Below, one piece after another: positions 55,340 to 64,000 of a stretch of DNA of 64,000 nucleotides. The stretch is from positions 335 to 64,334 of the forward strand of contig JBGQGY010000003.1 of NCBI GenBank assembly GCA_041497675.1, given 5' to 3'. Each line of letters begins with the position of its first letter. The first letter of the stretch is position 1. The translations under genes were made by a program, and so were the position numbers. This DNA is from a bacterium. Its GTDB lineage: Bacteria; Sysuimicrobiota; Sysuimicrobiia; Sysuimicrobiales; Humicultoraceae. The notes below the pieces were generated by a model. It did not search any database. It was given only the letters and a program-made list of their open reading frames with translations, and was not told the origin of the DNA.

Positions 55340-56527
55340 GTGCACCCCCGCAGCCGTCTAGTGCTGGCCACGACGACGCTCGCCCATTTCGTCCACGACG
55401 GCTTCTCCGATATCCTGTACGTGCTGCTGCCGGTGTGGGCCCGGGACTTCCATCTCGTCTACGCGCAGGTCGGGATCATCCGGCTGCTCTACACGGGCAG
55501 CATGGCGCTCTCGCAGATCCCCGCCGGGCTCAGTGCCGAGAGACGCGGCGAACGCGGCCTGTTGGTGGCCGGCACCGCGCTCACGGCCTGCGGGTTCATG
55601 GCCGCGGCGGGATGGGCCGGGGGCTTTGCCTCGCTGGCGGCCTTCCTCATCGTGGCGGGGCTGGGATCGGGCGTGCAGCATCCGCTGGCATCGTCGCTGG
55701 TCTCCAAGGCCTACGAGACCGGCGCGCGGCGGGCGGCGCTGGGTACGTACAACTTCTCGGGGGACCTGGGCAAGATCGCCGCGGCCGCGGCCGCCGGGCT
55801 TGGGGTGGCCGCCTTTGGCTGGCGGGTCACGACGGCGGGGTACGGGGCGCTGGGTCTTGTGGCGGCAGGCGCGGTGGGGCTGGGGCTGCTGCGGCTCGGA
55901 GCGGGCGATCCTGATCCGGTGGCCGCGCGCCCCCATCGAGAAGACCGTGGTTGGGGAATTCGCGACAGCCGGGGATTCGTCGCCCTGGCCGCGGTCGGAC
56001 TGATCGACAGCGGGACGCGGTCGGGATTCCTGACCTTCCTGCCGTTCGCGCTGGTCGCCAAGGGCTCGTCACCCGCGGGTATCGGTGGGGCGCTCGCGCT
56101 CGTCTTTGCGGGCGGTGCCGCCGGCAAACTCATCTGCGGGCTGCTGGCCGAGCGGATCGGCGTCGTCCGCACCGTCGTGATCACCGAGGTGGCGACCGCT
56201 GTAGGCATTGTCGCCACCGTGGCCGCGCCGCCGGCGGTGACGTTGCTGATCTTAATCCCACTCGGCGTCGCGTTGAATGGCACGTCGTCGGTGTTATATG
56301 CGACCGTGGCGGATCTTGTGGTGCCCGCACGGCGCTCGCGCGCCTACGGTCTCTACTACACCGTTGCCATCGGCGCGTCGGCGGTGGCGCCGTTCATCTA
56401 CGGCATCATGGGCGATCTGGTGGGCGTCCCCGCGACGCTGGTGGTGATCGCAGCCGTCGGGCTGGCGACGCTTCCGCTGTGCGTGGCGTTGCGACCGGTG
56501 ATCGCAGCGGCCGGTCGCGCCGCCTGA
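55340..56527 (+). CDS. MFS transporter
   Basis: 12 hydrophobic segments. GTG start after the first ~160 codons of the ORF, which are antisense to the GDPD gene. Confidence 0.7.
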   Translation: MHPRSRLVLATTTLAHFVHDGFSDILYVLLPVWARDFHLVYAQVGIIRLLYTGSMALSQIPAGLSAERRGERGLLVAGTALTACGFMAAAGWAGGFASLAAFLIVAGLGSGVQHPLASSLVSKAYETGARRAALGTYNFSGDLGKIAAAAAAGLGVAAFGWRVTTAGYGALGLVAAGAVGLGLLRLGAGDPDPVAARPHREDRGWGIRDSRGFVALAAVGLIDSGTRSGFLTFLPFALVAKGSSPAGIGGALALVFAGGAAGKLICGLLAERIGVVRTVVITEVATAVGIVATVAAPPAVTLLILIPLGVALNGTSSVLYATVADLVVPARRSRAYGLYYTVAIGASAVAPFIYGIMGDLVGVPATLVVIAAVGLATLPLCVALRPVIAAAGRAA

Positions 56528-56543
56528 CCCTGCCCGCCCGAGC

Positions 56544-57623
56544 TCAGGCCGAGGTGCGATATCGACGCGAGTCGGCGGCCTCGATAAGATCTGTTGTCAG
56601 CGACACGCCAAGCTTCAGCGCGCACTGTTCAATCTCGCGGTAGGTGCTCGCGGGCACTTCGATCCCGTGCGCAAGTCTGTCCGCCCGCGCCCGGTGCTCG
56701 GGTTCTCCCGGCGCCAACACCTCAGAAAACCCCGGTGCGGGCGGCGTCGACTTCACCGCGTTCAACACCGCCCGAACGCCCCGCTGGTAGGCGTCCAGCG
56801 GCGCAAAGGCGCTGATGTTGATCGCCTGCATGAAGACCCCGCTCACCGTCGCACGTTGCATGTCGAAGTGCCCGGACAGCCCAGTGAGCAACGCGATCAG
56901 GAGGCTGAGCGCGTAGCCCTTGTGCTCGCCGAACGGGAGCAGCACGCCGCCGTCGAAGTAATCCGCCGGGCTGACGCTCGGGTTGCCGTGCTTGTCGATC
57001 AGGGCGCCCGGGGGCAGGTCATGACCCTTGCTACGCGCGACCTGCACCTTCCCTTGGGCGATCTTGCTGGTCGCATAGTCGAGGATGAATGGGACGTCGT
57101 CCCCGGTCGGCACGCCCGCCGCAATCGGGTTCGTGCTGAGCATGCTTGCGGCCCCACCGTACGGCGCCGTCCCGCCGCGACCGACACCGGTCCGCCCGTA
57201 CATCACGATCCCAATAGCCCCGGCCCGTGCCGCCTGTTCCGCGTACTCGCCGAGCCGCCCAATATGCGTGTGGTTGATCAGATTGGCGCAACAGATATCG
57301 GCCTGCCGCGCCTTCTCGAGGAGCCTGGCCATCACCCATCGCGCGGTGTAGTGGCCGAAGCCACTTTGGCCGTCGATCGTCAGCGTGCCCGGCGTCTCTT
57401 TCAGGATGACCGGCTCGGCCGCCGGGACAATCTCGCCCGACTCGATGCTCTTCAGATATGCCGGAATCCGCAACACCCCGTTCGAGTCATGCCCGGCCAG
57501 GTTTGCGTTGACGAGGATCTCCGCGACGTCGTCGGCGACGTGCCGGGGTGTGCCGGCGGCCTCGAAGAGACGGCGAGTCGTCGCGTGGAGATGGGCGGCG
57601 GCGAACCGGTACATGGTGTCCAT
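56544..57623 (-). CDS. Ldh_2-family (malate/L-lactate/sulfolactate dehydrogenase-like) oxidoreductase
   Basis: ...GHDSNGVLRIPAYL...FGEHKGYALSLLIALL... Confidence 0.7.
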   Translation of the reverse strand: MDTMYRFAAAHLHATTRRLFEAAGTPRHVADDVAEILVNANLAGHDSNGVLRIPAYLKSIESGEIVPAAEPVILKETPGTLTIDGQSGFGHYTARWVMARLLEKARQADICCANLINHTHIGRLGEYAEQAARAGAIGIVMYGRTGVGRGGTAPYGGAASMLSTNPIAAGVPTGDDVPFILDYATSKIAQGKVQVARSKGHDLPPGALIDKHGNPSVSPADYFDGGVLLPFGEHKGYALSLLIALLTGLSGHFDMQRATVSGVFMQAINISAFAPLDAYQRGVRAVLNAVKSTPPAPGFSEVLAPGEPEHRARADRLAHGIEVPASTYREIEQCALKLGVSLTTDLIEAADSRRYRTSA

Positions 57624-57633
57624 GGCGTGTCCG

Positions 57634-60600
57634 CTATCGCATGCCTTCCCCGCCGCTGCCGTCAGACGGGGTAGGTTCGGCGCGCGCGGGCATGGGGAGT
57701 CGGCCGAGGAACCTGCGCCCGGCTTCGATCAACCGGCTCACCAGATGAGCCCGCTGCAGGTCGTCGAACAGCGAGTACATGACCGGGATGGCGACCAGCG
57801 TGAGCAGCAGTGAGAAGACCTGACCGCCGATGATGACCGAACTGATCGCCTTGTTGGTCGCCGCGCCGACCCCGCTGGAGAGCGCGAGCGGGACCATGCC
57901 GGCCACGAACGCGATCGTCGTCATCAAGATCGGCCGCAGGCGGTCGCGGCTAGCCTGCACGATCGCCTGATCCCTGTCCAGACCGGTAGCGCGAAGCTGG
58001 TTTGCGCGGTCGATCTGGAGGATGGCGTTCTTCTTCACGACGCCGAAGAGGACCAGGATGCCGAGCTGGGACAGGATGTTGAGCGAACCCCGCAAGACGA
58101 TGATCGACAGCAGGGCAAACGGCACGGTCAGGGGCAACGACAACAGGATCGTGATGGGGTGGATCCACGACTCGAACTGCGCGGCCAGCACCAGGTACAT
58201 GAACACAAAGGACATCATGAAAGCGGTCATGAACGCCTTGGCCTGACGCCCCTGCTCGGCCGCCTGACCCGTGAACGCCATCACGTAGTCTGGTCCAAGA
58301 TTGAGCGCGCGCACGTCCCGGTCGAGCCGCTGCAAGACGGCCGACTGCGACGTCCCCGGCAGCAGGTTGGCGGTCAACCGAACCTGGCGACGCCGGTTGA
58401 AGTGGTCCACCTGGCTGGGCCCAACCCCCTGCTCGGTGCTGACGACCTGCTCGAGCTGGACGACGCCCAGCTTCGTCGACCCCACGGTCAGCTGCCCCAA
58501 CTGTGCGAGATCGGCCCGGGCCGACGGTTCGGCCCGCATGACGACGTCGTACTGCTGGCCGCCCTCGGAATAGGTCGAGACCTTCTGACCGCCAACCAGC
58601 ACACGGAGTGCGGCGGCCGCATCCAGCACGCTGACGCCCAGATCCGCCGCCCGGGCGCGGTCGACGGTGATCCCCACTTGCGGCTTGCCGCCGATCAGCG
58701 ACGATCGGATATCGACGACGCCCGGTGTCTCGCGGAGGATCTTTTCGCCCGCCGCGGCGGCGCGCGTCAGGACCCGCAGATCCGGACCGGTGATGACGAA
58801 GTCGACGGGCTGGAAGTTTCCGCTGCCGCCGAACTCGGAGACCGCGCCTGCCTGCGTCTGGAGGCCAAGATAGGCATAGCGCGGCAAGAGTTCACGCCGC
58901 ACGCGATCGGTCGAGTCCTGCTGGCTAAACGACCGCTTGTCGACGTCGACCATTTGCACGAAGATCGTAAACCGGTTGGGGGTCCGCAACGGGTCGTCGG
59001 CCGTCGTGACAATCGTGTAGTCGATGCCGGGCAGCCGGCGGATATCGGCGGCCATCCGCGTGCCCAACCGCTCGGTGGAGTCGAGCGACCATCCTTCCGG
59101 GGCGCGGACGACGACCTCAAACTGTGACTGGTCGTCCTCGACCAAGAAGGTCTTGCTCACCATGATGCCCAGCGGCCCGATGCTGAACAACGTTGCCGCG
59201 GTGAGCACAACGACCACCCACCGGCGGCGCAGCGACCGTTCGAGCAACCGGCGATACCACCGCTCCAACGCCAGGTAGAGCCACCCGCCACGGGCCTCTT
59301 CTCCCCCGGCGTGAGCGCGGGCAGCCATCGGCTTGATCCACCGGGCGGACAGCATCGGCGTCAGCGTGAAGCTGACCAGCAGCGAGACGGCGATGGCAAA
59401 CGCCATCGTCCACCCAAACGAACTCATGAACCGCCCGACGATGCCGCCCATGAACGCCAGGGGCAGGAAGACCGCAATCAGGCTCAGCGTGGTGGCGGTC
59501 ACGGCCGGGCCTACCTCGCGCGTCGCGTCGATGGCCGCCTGGAACGGTGGGACGTGTTTCTCGTGGACGAACCGATAGATGTTCTCGAGCACCACGATGG
59601 CATCATCAATGACGATCCCCACCACGAGGGCGAGAGCGAGCAGCGTGATGGTGTTGAGCGTGAGCCCCATCCACGCGAGCAGCGCGAAGGTGCTGACCAG
59701 CGACGTGGGGATGGCGATGGCCGCGATGATGGTCGAGCGCCAGTTCCACAGAAAGACCATCACCACGAGCGCCGCGAGCAAGGCACCGACCAACAGGTGT
59801 TCCTGGACGGCGCCCGTCGACGCCTCCACGAACACGGATTGGTCACGCACGATCTGGATCTTGTAGCCGGGGGCCAGCGTGCGCTCGATGGCACGGAGGC
59901 GGGTCTTCACATCCCGTACGACACTCAGCGTATTGGTGCCGGACTGCTTGCGGATCTGCATCAACACGGCCGGCGTGCCGTTGAGGTTCGCGACGGTCTG
60001 ACGATCGACCGCGCCGTCTTCGACCCGCGCCACGTCGGCGAGCGTGATGGGCACACCCGCACGGTTGCTGATGACGACGCCCTGGAGCTCGGCCACGGAC
60101 GACACCCGGCCCAGCGTGCGCAGGGTCCACCGCGCCGTCCCCTGGTCGACGCTGCCGGCGGGGATCTGGACATTCTGCGTCTGCAGAGCGCCGATGGCGG
60201 CGGTGGTGCTCAAGGCGTACGCGCCCAACCGGGAAGGATCGACCCAGACGTTGATCTGACGCGCGCGGCCGCCGATGATCTCGACCTGGCCGACGCCGGC
60301 CGTGCCCTCCAGTCTGGGTCGGATTACCTTGTCCGCGTACTCCGTGATGTCGCGGACCGGCTTGTCGGCGGAGATGGCGAGCGTGATGACCGGGACCACG
60401 CCGGGATCGATCTTTGTCACGCTCGGTGGATCGAGGTTGGCCGGCAGGTCGGCGCCGATAGCGCTGATCCGGTCCCGCACTTCCTGCGCCGCCACCTCGA
60501 TGTTCTTGTCGAGGACGAACTGGATCAGGATCTGCGCGAACCCCTCGGCCGACGTCGAGGACAAGGTATCGATGCCGCTAATCGTGTTGACCGCCGACTC

Positions 60601-60804
60601 GATCTTGTCGGTGACGTCGGTTTCGACCTCTTCGGGCGACGCGCCGGGGTCGCGTACGGTCACGACCACGATCGGGATGTCAATGTTGGGCCAGCGTTCG
60701 ATGTTCAGGCGAAAGTAGGAAAACAGCCCGAGGAACGCGAGCCCCAGGATCAGGACCGACGCCAGCACCGGCCGGCGGACAGAAATCTCAGAGAGCCATC
60801 GCAT
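57634..60804 (-). CDS. RND efflux transporter permease (AcrB/HAE1 family), 1056 aa
   Basis: MRWLSEISVRRPVLASVLILGLAFLG... 12-TM topology with two large periplasmic loops. Confidence 0.9.
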   Translation of the reverse strand: MRWLSEISVRRPVLASVLILGLAFLGLFSYFRLNIERWPNIDIPIVVVTVRDPGASPEEVETDVTDKIESAVNTISGIDTLSSTSAEGFAQILIQFVLDKNIEVAAQEVRDRISAIGADLPANLDPPSVTKIDPGVVPVITLAISADKPVRDITEYADKVIRPRLEGTAGVGQVEIIGGRARQINVWVDPSRLGAYALSTTAAIGALQTQNVQIPAGSVDQGTARWTLRTLGRVSSVAELQGVVISNRAGVPITLADVARVEDGAVDRQTVANLNGTPAVLMQIRKQSGTNTLSVVRDVKTRLRAIERTLAPGYKIQIVRDQSVFVEASTGAVQEHLLVGALLAALVVMVFLWNWRSTIIAAIAIPTSLVSTFALLAWMGLTLNTITLLALALVVGIVIDDAIVVLENIYRFVHEKHVPPFQAAIDATREVGPAVTATTLSLIAVFLPLAFMGGIVGRFMSSFGWTMAFAIAVSLLVSFTLTPMLSARWIKPMAARAHAGGEEARGGWLYLALERWYRRLLERSLRRRWVVVVLTAATLFSIGPLGIMVSKTFLVEDDQSQFEVVVRAPEGWSLDSTERLGTRMAADIRRLPGIDYTIVTTADDPLRTPNRFTIFVQMVDVDKRSFSQQDSTDRVRRELLPRYAYLGLQTQAGAVSEFGGSGNFQPVDFVITGPDLRVLTRAAAAGEKILRETPGVVDIRSSLIGGKPQVGITVDRARAADLGVSVLDAAAALRVLVGGQKVSTYSEGGQQYDVVMRAEPSARADLAQLGQLTVGSTKLGVVQLEQVVSTEQGVGPSQVDHFNRRRQVRLTANLLPGTSQSAVLQRLDRDVRALNLGPDYVMAFTGQAAEQGRQAKAFMTAFMMSFVFMYLVLAAQFESWIHPITILLSLPLTVPFALLSIIVLRGSLNILSQLGILVLFGVVKKNAILQIDRANQLRATGLDRDQAIVQASRDRLRPILMTTIAFVAGMVPLALSSGVGAATNKAISSVIIGGQVFSLLLTLVAIPVMYSLFDDLQRAHLVSRLIEAGRRFLGRLPMPARAEPTPSDGSGGEGMR

Positions 60805-62267
60805 CAGGGTTGCGCGGGCCGCGGGGTCACGGATTGATTGTCCGTCAGCCCCTCTTGCCCTTCAACAATGACCTGGTCGCCCTCTTCCAGTCCCTGGACG
60901 ACCTCGGCCACTCCGCCCTGCTGCTCGCCGATCGACACCTCGCGGCGCACAGCCTGCCCGTCTTTCACCACGAACACGATCCGCTTGCCGGCCGTGAGCA
61001 GCACGGCGCGATCAGGAATCTGCAGCACACCCGTCCGCACGCCGGTGGTGATGCTGCCCCGGGCGAACATCCCGGGCCGGAGGATGCGTTCCGGGTTCGC
61101 CACGCGCACCTTCACGAGAAACGTGCGGCTGGCCACGGACGCCGAGGGCCGGATCTCCTCGACCTTGCCGCTCAACCGGGACTGCGGGAGCGCATCGACG
61201 ACCACGACCACACTCTGCCCCGGGCGCAGATCCGCGCGCTGCCGCTCGGGTACCACGAGTTCCACGAAGACATCCTGGACCTCGGCGAGCACGAAGGAGG
61301 GCGCCGCCGGGGAGACGCTCTCGCCGGGCTCGACCATGCGCTGCAGGATGGTACCTGGGAACGGGGCCGTCACCGTCGCGTCCTGCACCCGCAGCCGAGC
61401 TGCGGTGAGCAGAGCCTGCGCCTGATCGAGTTGCGCGCGGGCCGCGGCAATTTCCTCGGACCGGGGGCCCATCTCCACGAGCCGCATGGTCTGACGGGCG
61501 ATGTCCGCGGCGGCTCGCGCCTGCTCGAGTTGTGCCCGCGCGGCCTGGACTTCCTCGGCGCGCGGCCCTTCGGTCACAAGCGCCTGCTGCTGGCGGGCGC
61601 TATCATAGGTGGCCTGCGCAACCCGAAGCTGGGTCTCGACCGAGTCGAGCTGCTGTTTGGATACCGCACCCATCTGATAGAGTGACCGTATCCGCTGCAC
61701 GTCGGCCTGGGCGAGGTCGAGTGCGGCCTTCGCCTGAGCGACCGAGTTGGCAACCTGCTCGCGCTCCTGGGGCCGGGCCCCGCGCTCGAGCGCCTGCAGA
61801 CGCGCCCGTGCCGCCTGGACGCCGGCCTCAGCCTGGGCGGCCGCATCCGCGGCCTGGCGCCGCTCTTCGGGACGCGCACCGGCCGTCATCTGCGCCAGGC
61901 GGGCGCGCGCCCCGTCGACGCTTGCGCGGGCCTGGGCTTCCTGAGCGTCGAGGTCACGTGCGTCCAAGCGCATGAGGGCCGCGCCAGTCACCACCCGCTG
62001 ACCTTCGCGTACAAACACCTGGGCCACCCGCCCAGCCAGCTTCGACGCGATCTTCGCTTCTCGCAGACTCGACACGCTGCCGGTGGCGGAGATGGTGCTG
62101 ACCAGGTCGCCGCGTTTAGCAACCGCGACGACCACGGATGCGGCTGCCTGTGGCGCGGGCGCGGCCTGACGCTTCGATTCGGCGGAACGGCTGTTCGCAC
62201 GGATCGTCATGATGCCGCCGGCCAGCGCTAAAATCACCAGTGCGACGATCGGAACTCGCGCCCGCAT
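60804..62267 (-). CDS. RND efflux periplasmic adaptor (membrane fusion protein, HlyD family) with extended coiled coil
   Basis: Signal/TM region, lipoyl-like hairpins, long AQ/AR-rich coiled coil, beta-barrel GQSVVVV... Overlaps the RND gene start by 1 nt. Confidence 0.85.
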   Translation of the reverse strand: MRARVPIVALVILALAGGIMTIRANSRSAESKRQAAPAPQAAASVVVAVAKRGDLVSTISATGSVSSLREAKIASKLAGRVAQVFVREGQRVVTGAALMRLDARDLDAQEAQARASVDGARARLAQMTAGARPEERRQAADAAAQAEAGVQAARARLQALERGARPQEREQVANSVAQAKAALDLAQADVQRIRSLYQMGAVSKQQLDSVETQLRVAQATYDSARQQQALVTEGPRAEEVQAARAQLEQARAAADIARQTMRLVEMGPRSEEIAAARAQLDQAQALLTAARLRVQDATVTAPFPGTILQRMVEPGESVSPAAPSFVLAEVQDVFVELVVPERQRADLRPGQSVVVVVDALPQSRLSGKVEEIRPSASVASRTFLVKVRVANPERILRPGMFARGSITTGVRTGVLQIPDRAVLLTAGKRIVFVVKDGQAVRREVSIGEQQGGVAEVVQGLEEGDQVIVEGQEGLTDNQSVTPRPAQP

Positions 62268-62372
62268 TGCTCCACCCCAGACGTTGCCTTGTCTCTTTCA
62301 AACAAATCTAACTCTACCAGCAACACGCACATTCCACGTAGACCGCGGGAGGGCGCGTCACACACCATGCCA

Positions 62373-63884
62373 TCACTCGACCGCGGCAACCGCCTCGCCG
62401 TCGCGCTGCCCCCTCCGGAGCAGCAGCACCAGCGGCAGACACGCAAGCGACAGGATGCCGATGAGTGCAAACACATAGTTGAACGCGATGACCGAGGCCT
62501 GCCGGTGCATGACGTTGTTGAGGAGCGCCAGCGCCTGCTGGCCAGCCGTTGACGCGTCGACGCCCTTCGCGATCAGCGCGGCACGCAACGCCTGCCAGCG
62601 CTGGACAAAGGTGGGGTTGTAGATCGAGGCGTATGCGGCCAGACGCGCGCTGACTTCGGTCAGCCGGTGATCCATCAGCGCGACGACGATGGCCGTCCCC
62701 AGGCTGCCCCCGAGCTGCCGGATCAGATTGTAGAGACCGGTCGCGTACTGCATCTTTGCTCTGGGAATCGTCGACAACGCCGTGGTCGACAGCGCCACGA
62801 ACACAAACGAGAACCCGATACCCTGCACCACCTGCGGGATAAGGATCTGCAGCGACCCGCTCTCGAGCGTGAGCCGCGCCATCAGAAAAGCGGCGCTGCT
62901 GCCCACGATGAGGCCAAACGGCAGCATGACGTAGACGCCGAGCCGATTGTAGAGCATCCCCGCGACGGGCATCAACAACACCATCGTCAGGGACCGTGGG
63001 ATGAGCGTCAGACCCGACTGCGTGGCGTTGTAGTGCAGCAGGTTCTGCAGGAAAAACGGCAGCAGGATCAGGCTGCCAAAGAGTGTCAGACCCAGTATGC
63101 CGCCGATGGCCGTGCCGGCGGCGAACGAGACGTTTTTGAGGATCCGCAAGTCGACCGCCGGCGCCGGCGTGAGGAGTTCCCAGACCACGAACACCACCAG
63201 GGCGGTCACGGCGATGATCGTCAGGGTGACAATGTGCGAACTGGCGAACCACCCGGCCGCTTCGCCTCCCTCGATCAGCATCTGCAGGGAGGCCAACCCC
63301 ACGGCCAGGAGCCCGATGCCGATCGCGTCGACCCGCTGGAGGCCGCGCGCCCGCATGTAGGCCGGGTCGGCGATGTACCGTCCCGCCATGATCATGGCGG
63401 CCACGCCCACGGGGATGTTGACGAAGAAGATCCACCGCCACGACAGATTATCCGTGAGCCACCCCCCGATCGTCGGTCCGACCGCGGGCCCCAGCAGAAC
63501 CACCATGCCATAGAACCCCATCGCGACGCCCTGTTCTTCAATCGGGTAGGTCTCCCGCATGATCGCCTGTGAGACGGGCTGCAGCGCGCCGGCGCCCAAC
63601 CCCTGCAGGACTCTGAAGGCGATCAATTGGGCGAGTGTCCGCGAGAGCCCGCAGGCCACCGACGATAACGTGAAGATCGTCACCGCCAGGAGGTACATGC
63701 GCTTGCGGCCGATGACGGTCCCCAACCAGGCCGTGAGCGGCATGATGATGACGACGGAGATCAGGTAACTCGTCGTGACCCAGGTGACCTCCTGAGTCGT
63801 GACGCCGTACGCCGTCTGGATGTGCGGAAGGGCGACGTTGACAACGCTGCTGTCGACCGCAGCCATCACCGAGCCGAACAGCAC
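62373..63884 (-). CDS. MFS transporter, DHA2 (EmrB/QacA) family, 14 TMS; N-terminus possibly longer than annotated
   Basis: ...AAVDSSVVNVALPHIQTAYGVTTQEVTWVTTSYL... Only ~9 residues precede the DSSVVN motif, so TM1 looks truncated. The frame stays open upstream, so the true start may lie upstream. Confidence 0.75.
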   Translation of the reverse strand: MLFGSVMAAVDSSVVNVALPHIQTAYGVTTQEVTWVTTSYLISVVIIMPLTAWLGTVIGRKRMYLLAVTIFTLSSVACGLSRTLAQLIAFRVLQGLGAGALQPVSQAIMRETYPIEEQGVAMGFYGMVVLLGPAVGPTIGGWLTDNLSWRWIFFVNIPVGVAAMIMAGRYIADPAYMRARGLQRVDAIGIGLLAVGLASLQMLIEGGEAAGWFASSHIVTLTIIAVTALVVFVVWELLTPAPAVDLRILKNVSFAAGTAIGGILGLTLFGSLILLPFFLQNLLHYNATQSGLTLIPRSLTMVLLMPVAGMLYNRLGVYVMLPFGLIVGSSAAFLMARLTLESGSLQILIPQVVQGIGFSFVFVALSTTALSTIPRAKMQYATGLYNLIRQLGGSLGTAIVVALMDHRLTEVSARLAAYASIYNPTFVQRWQALRAALIAKGVDASTAGQQALALLNNVMHRQASVIAFNYVFALIGILSLACLPLVLLLRRGQRDGEAVAAVE

Positions 63885-64000
63885 CGACAGGGTGACCTGC
63901 CACTTGCTGACACCCGCAGGCAGGCCCGGGGCGTCGGTCGACGCGCTCAGCGGGTGCCCTGCCGCGTGTCGATGGTGACGACGGCCGACAGACCGAATCG

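Overview
High-GC (~66%) bacterial chromosomal window with dense, mostly minus-strand coding. Gene content and synteny (alaS-ruvX-DUF1292-mltG-yqeG; rpsU-yqeY) point to Chloroflexi or a related Terrabacteria lineage; this is inference. Right half is ordinary housekeeping and metabolic genes: AlaRS, GroEL with a CIRCE operator, NadE, amidase, aminotransferase, peptide ABC importer, MoxR-DUF58-VWA-VWA-TPR 'Bat-like' operon, RND efflux pump, several MFS transporters, two tRNAs. Left ~16 kb is the accessory and regulatory hotspot. I read three c-di-GMP-I (GEMM) riboswitch-like leaders there (two on the minus strand with intrinsic-terminator platforms, one on the plus strand). They sit upstream of: (i) a PilB/GspE-family ATPase with an N-terminal TPR-like extension, (ii) a group-3 sigma factor plus Roadblock/LC7 operon, and (iii) a five-gene operon encoding two orphan solute-binding proteins, a DUF4388-like protein, a 7-TM membrane protein and an HTH protein. 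The same neighbourhood carries a degenerate GGDEF protein with an intact I-site, a membrane GAF/HD-GYP phosphodiesterase, two Roadblock (MglB-like) proteins and a TPR lytic transglycosylase. A second PilB/GspE paralog is translationally coupled to a small protein, a MerR regulator and an atypical DnaB-like RecA-fold ATPase. A type IV pilin gene lies further downstream. I regard this as a candidate c-di-GMP riboswitch regulon controlling a pilus-like or secretion ATPase module and a dedicated sigma factor. All product names come from motif recognition by eye; no database search was run.
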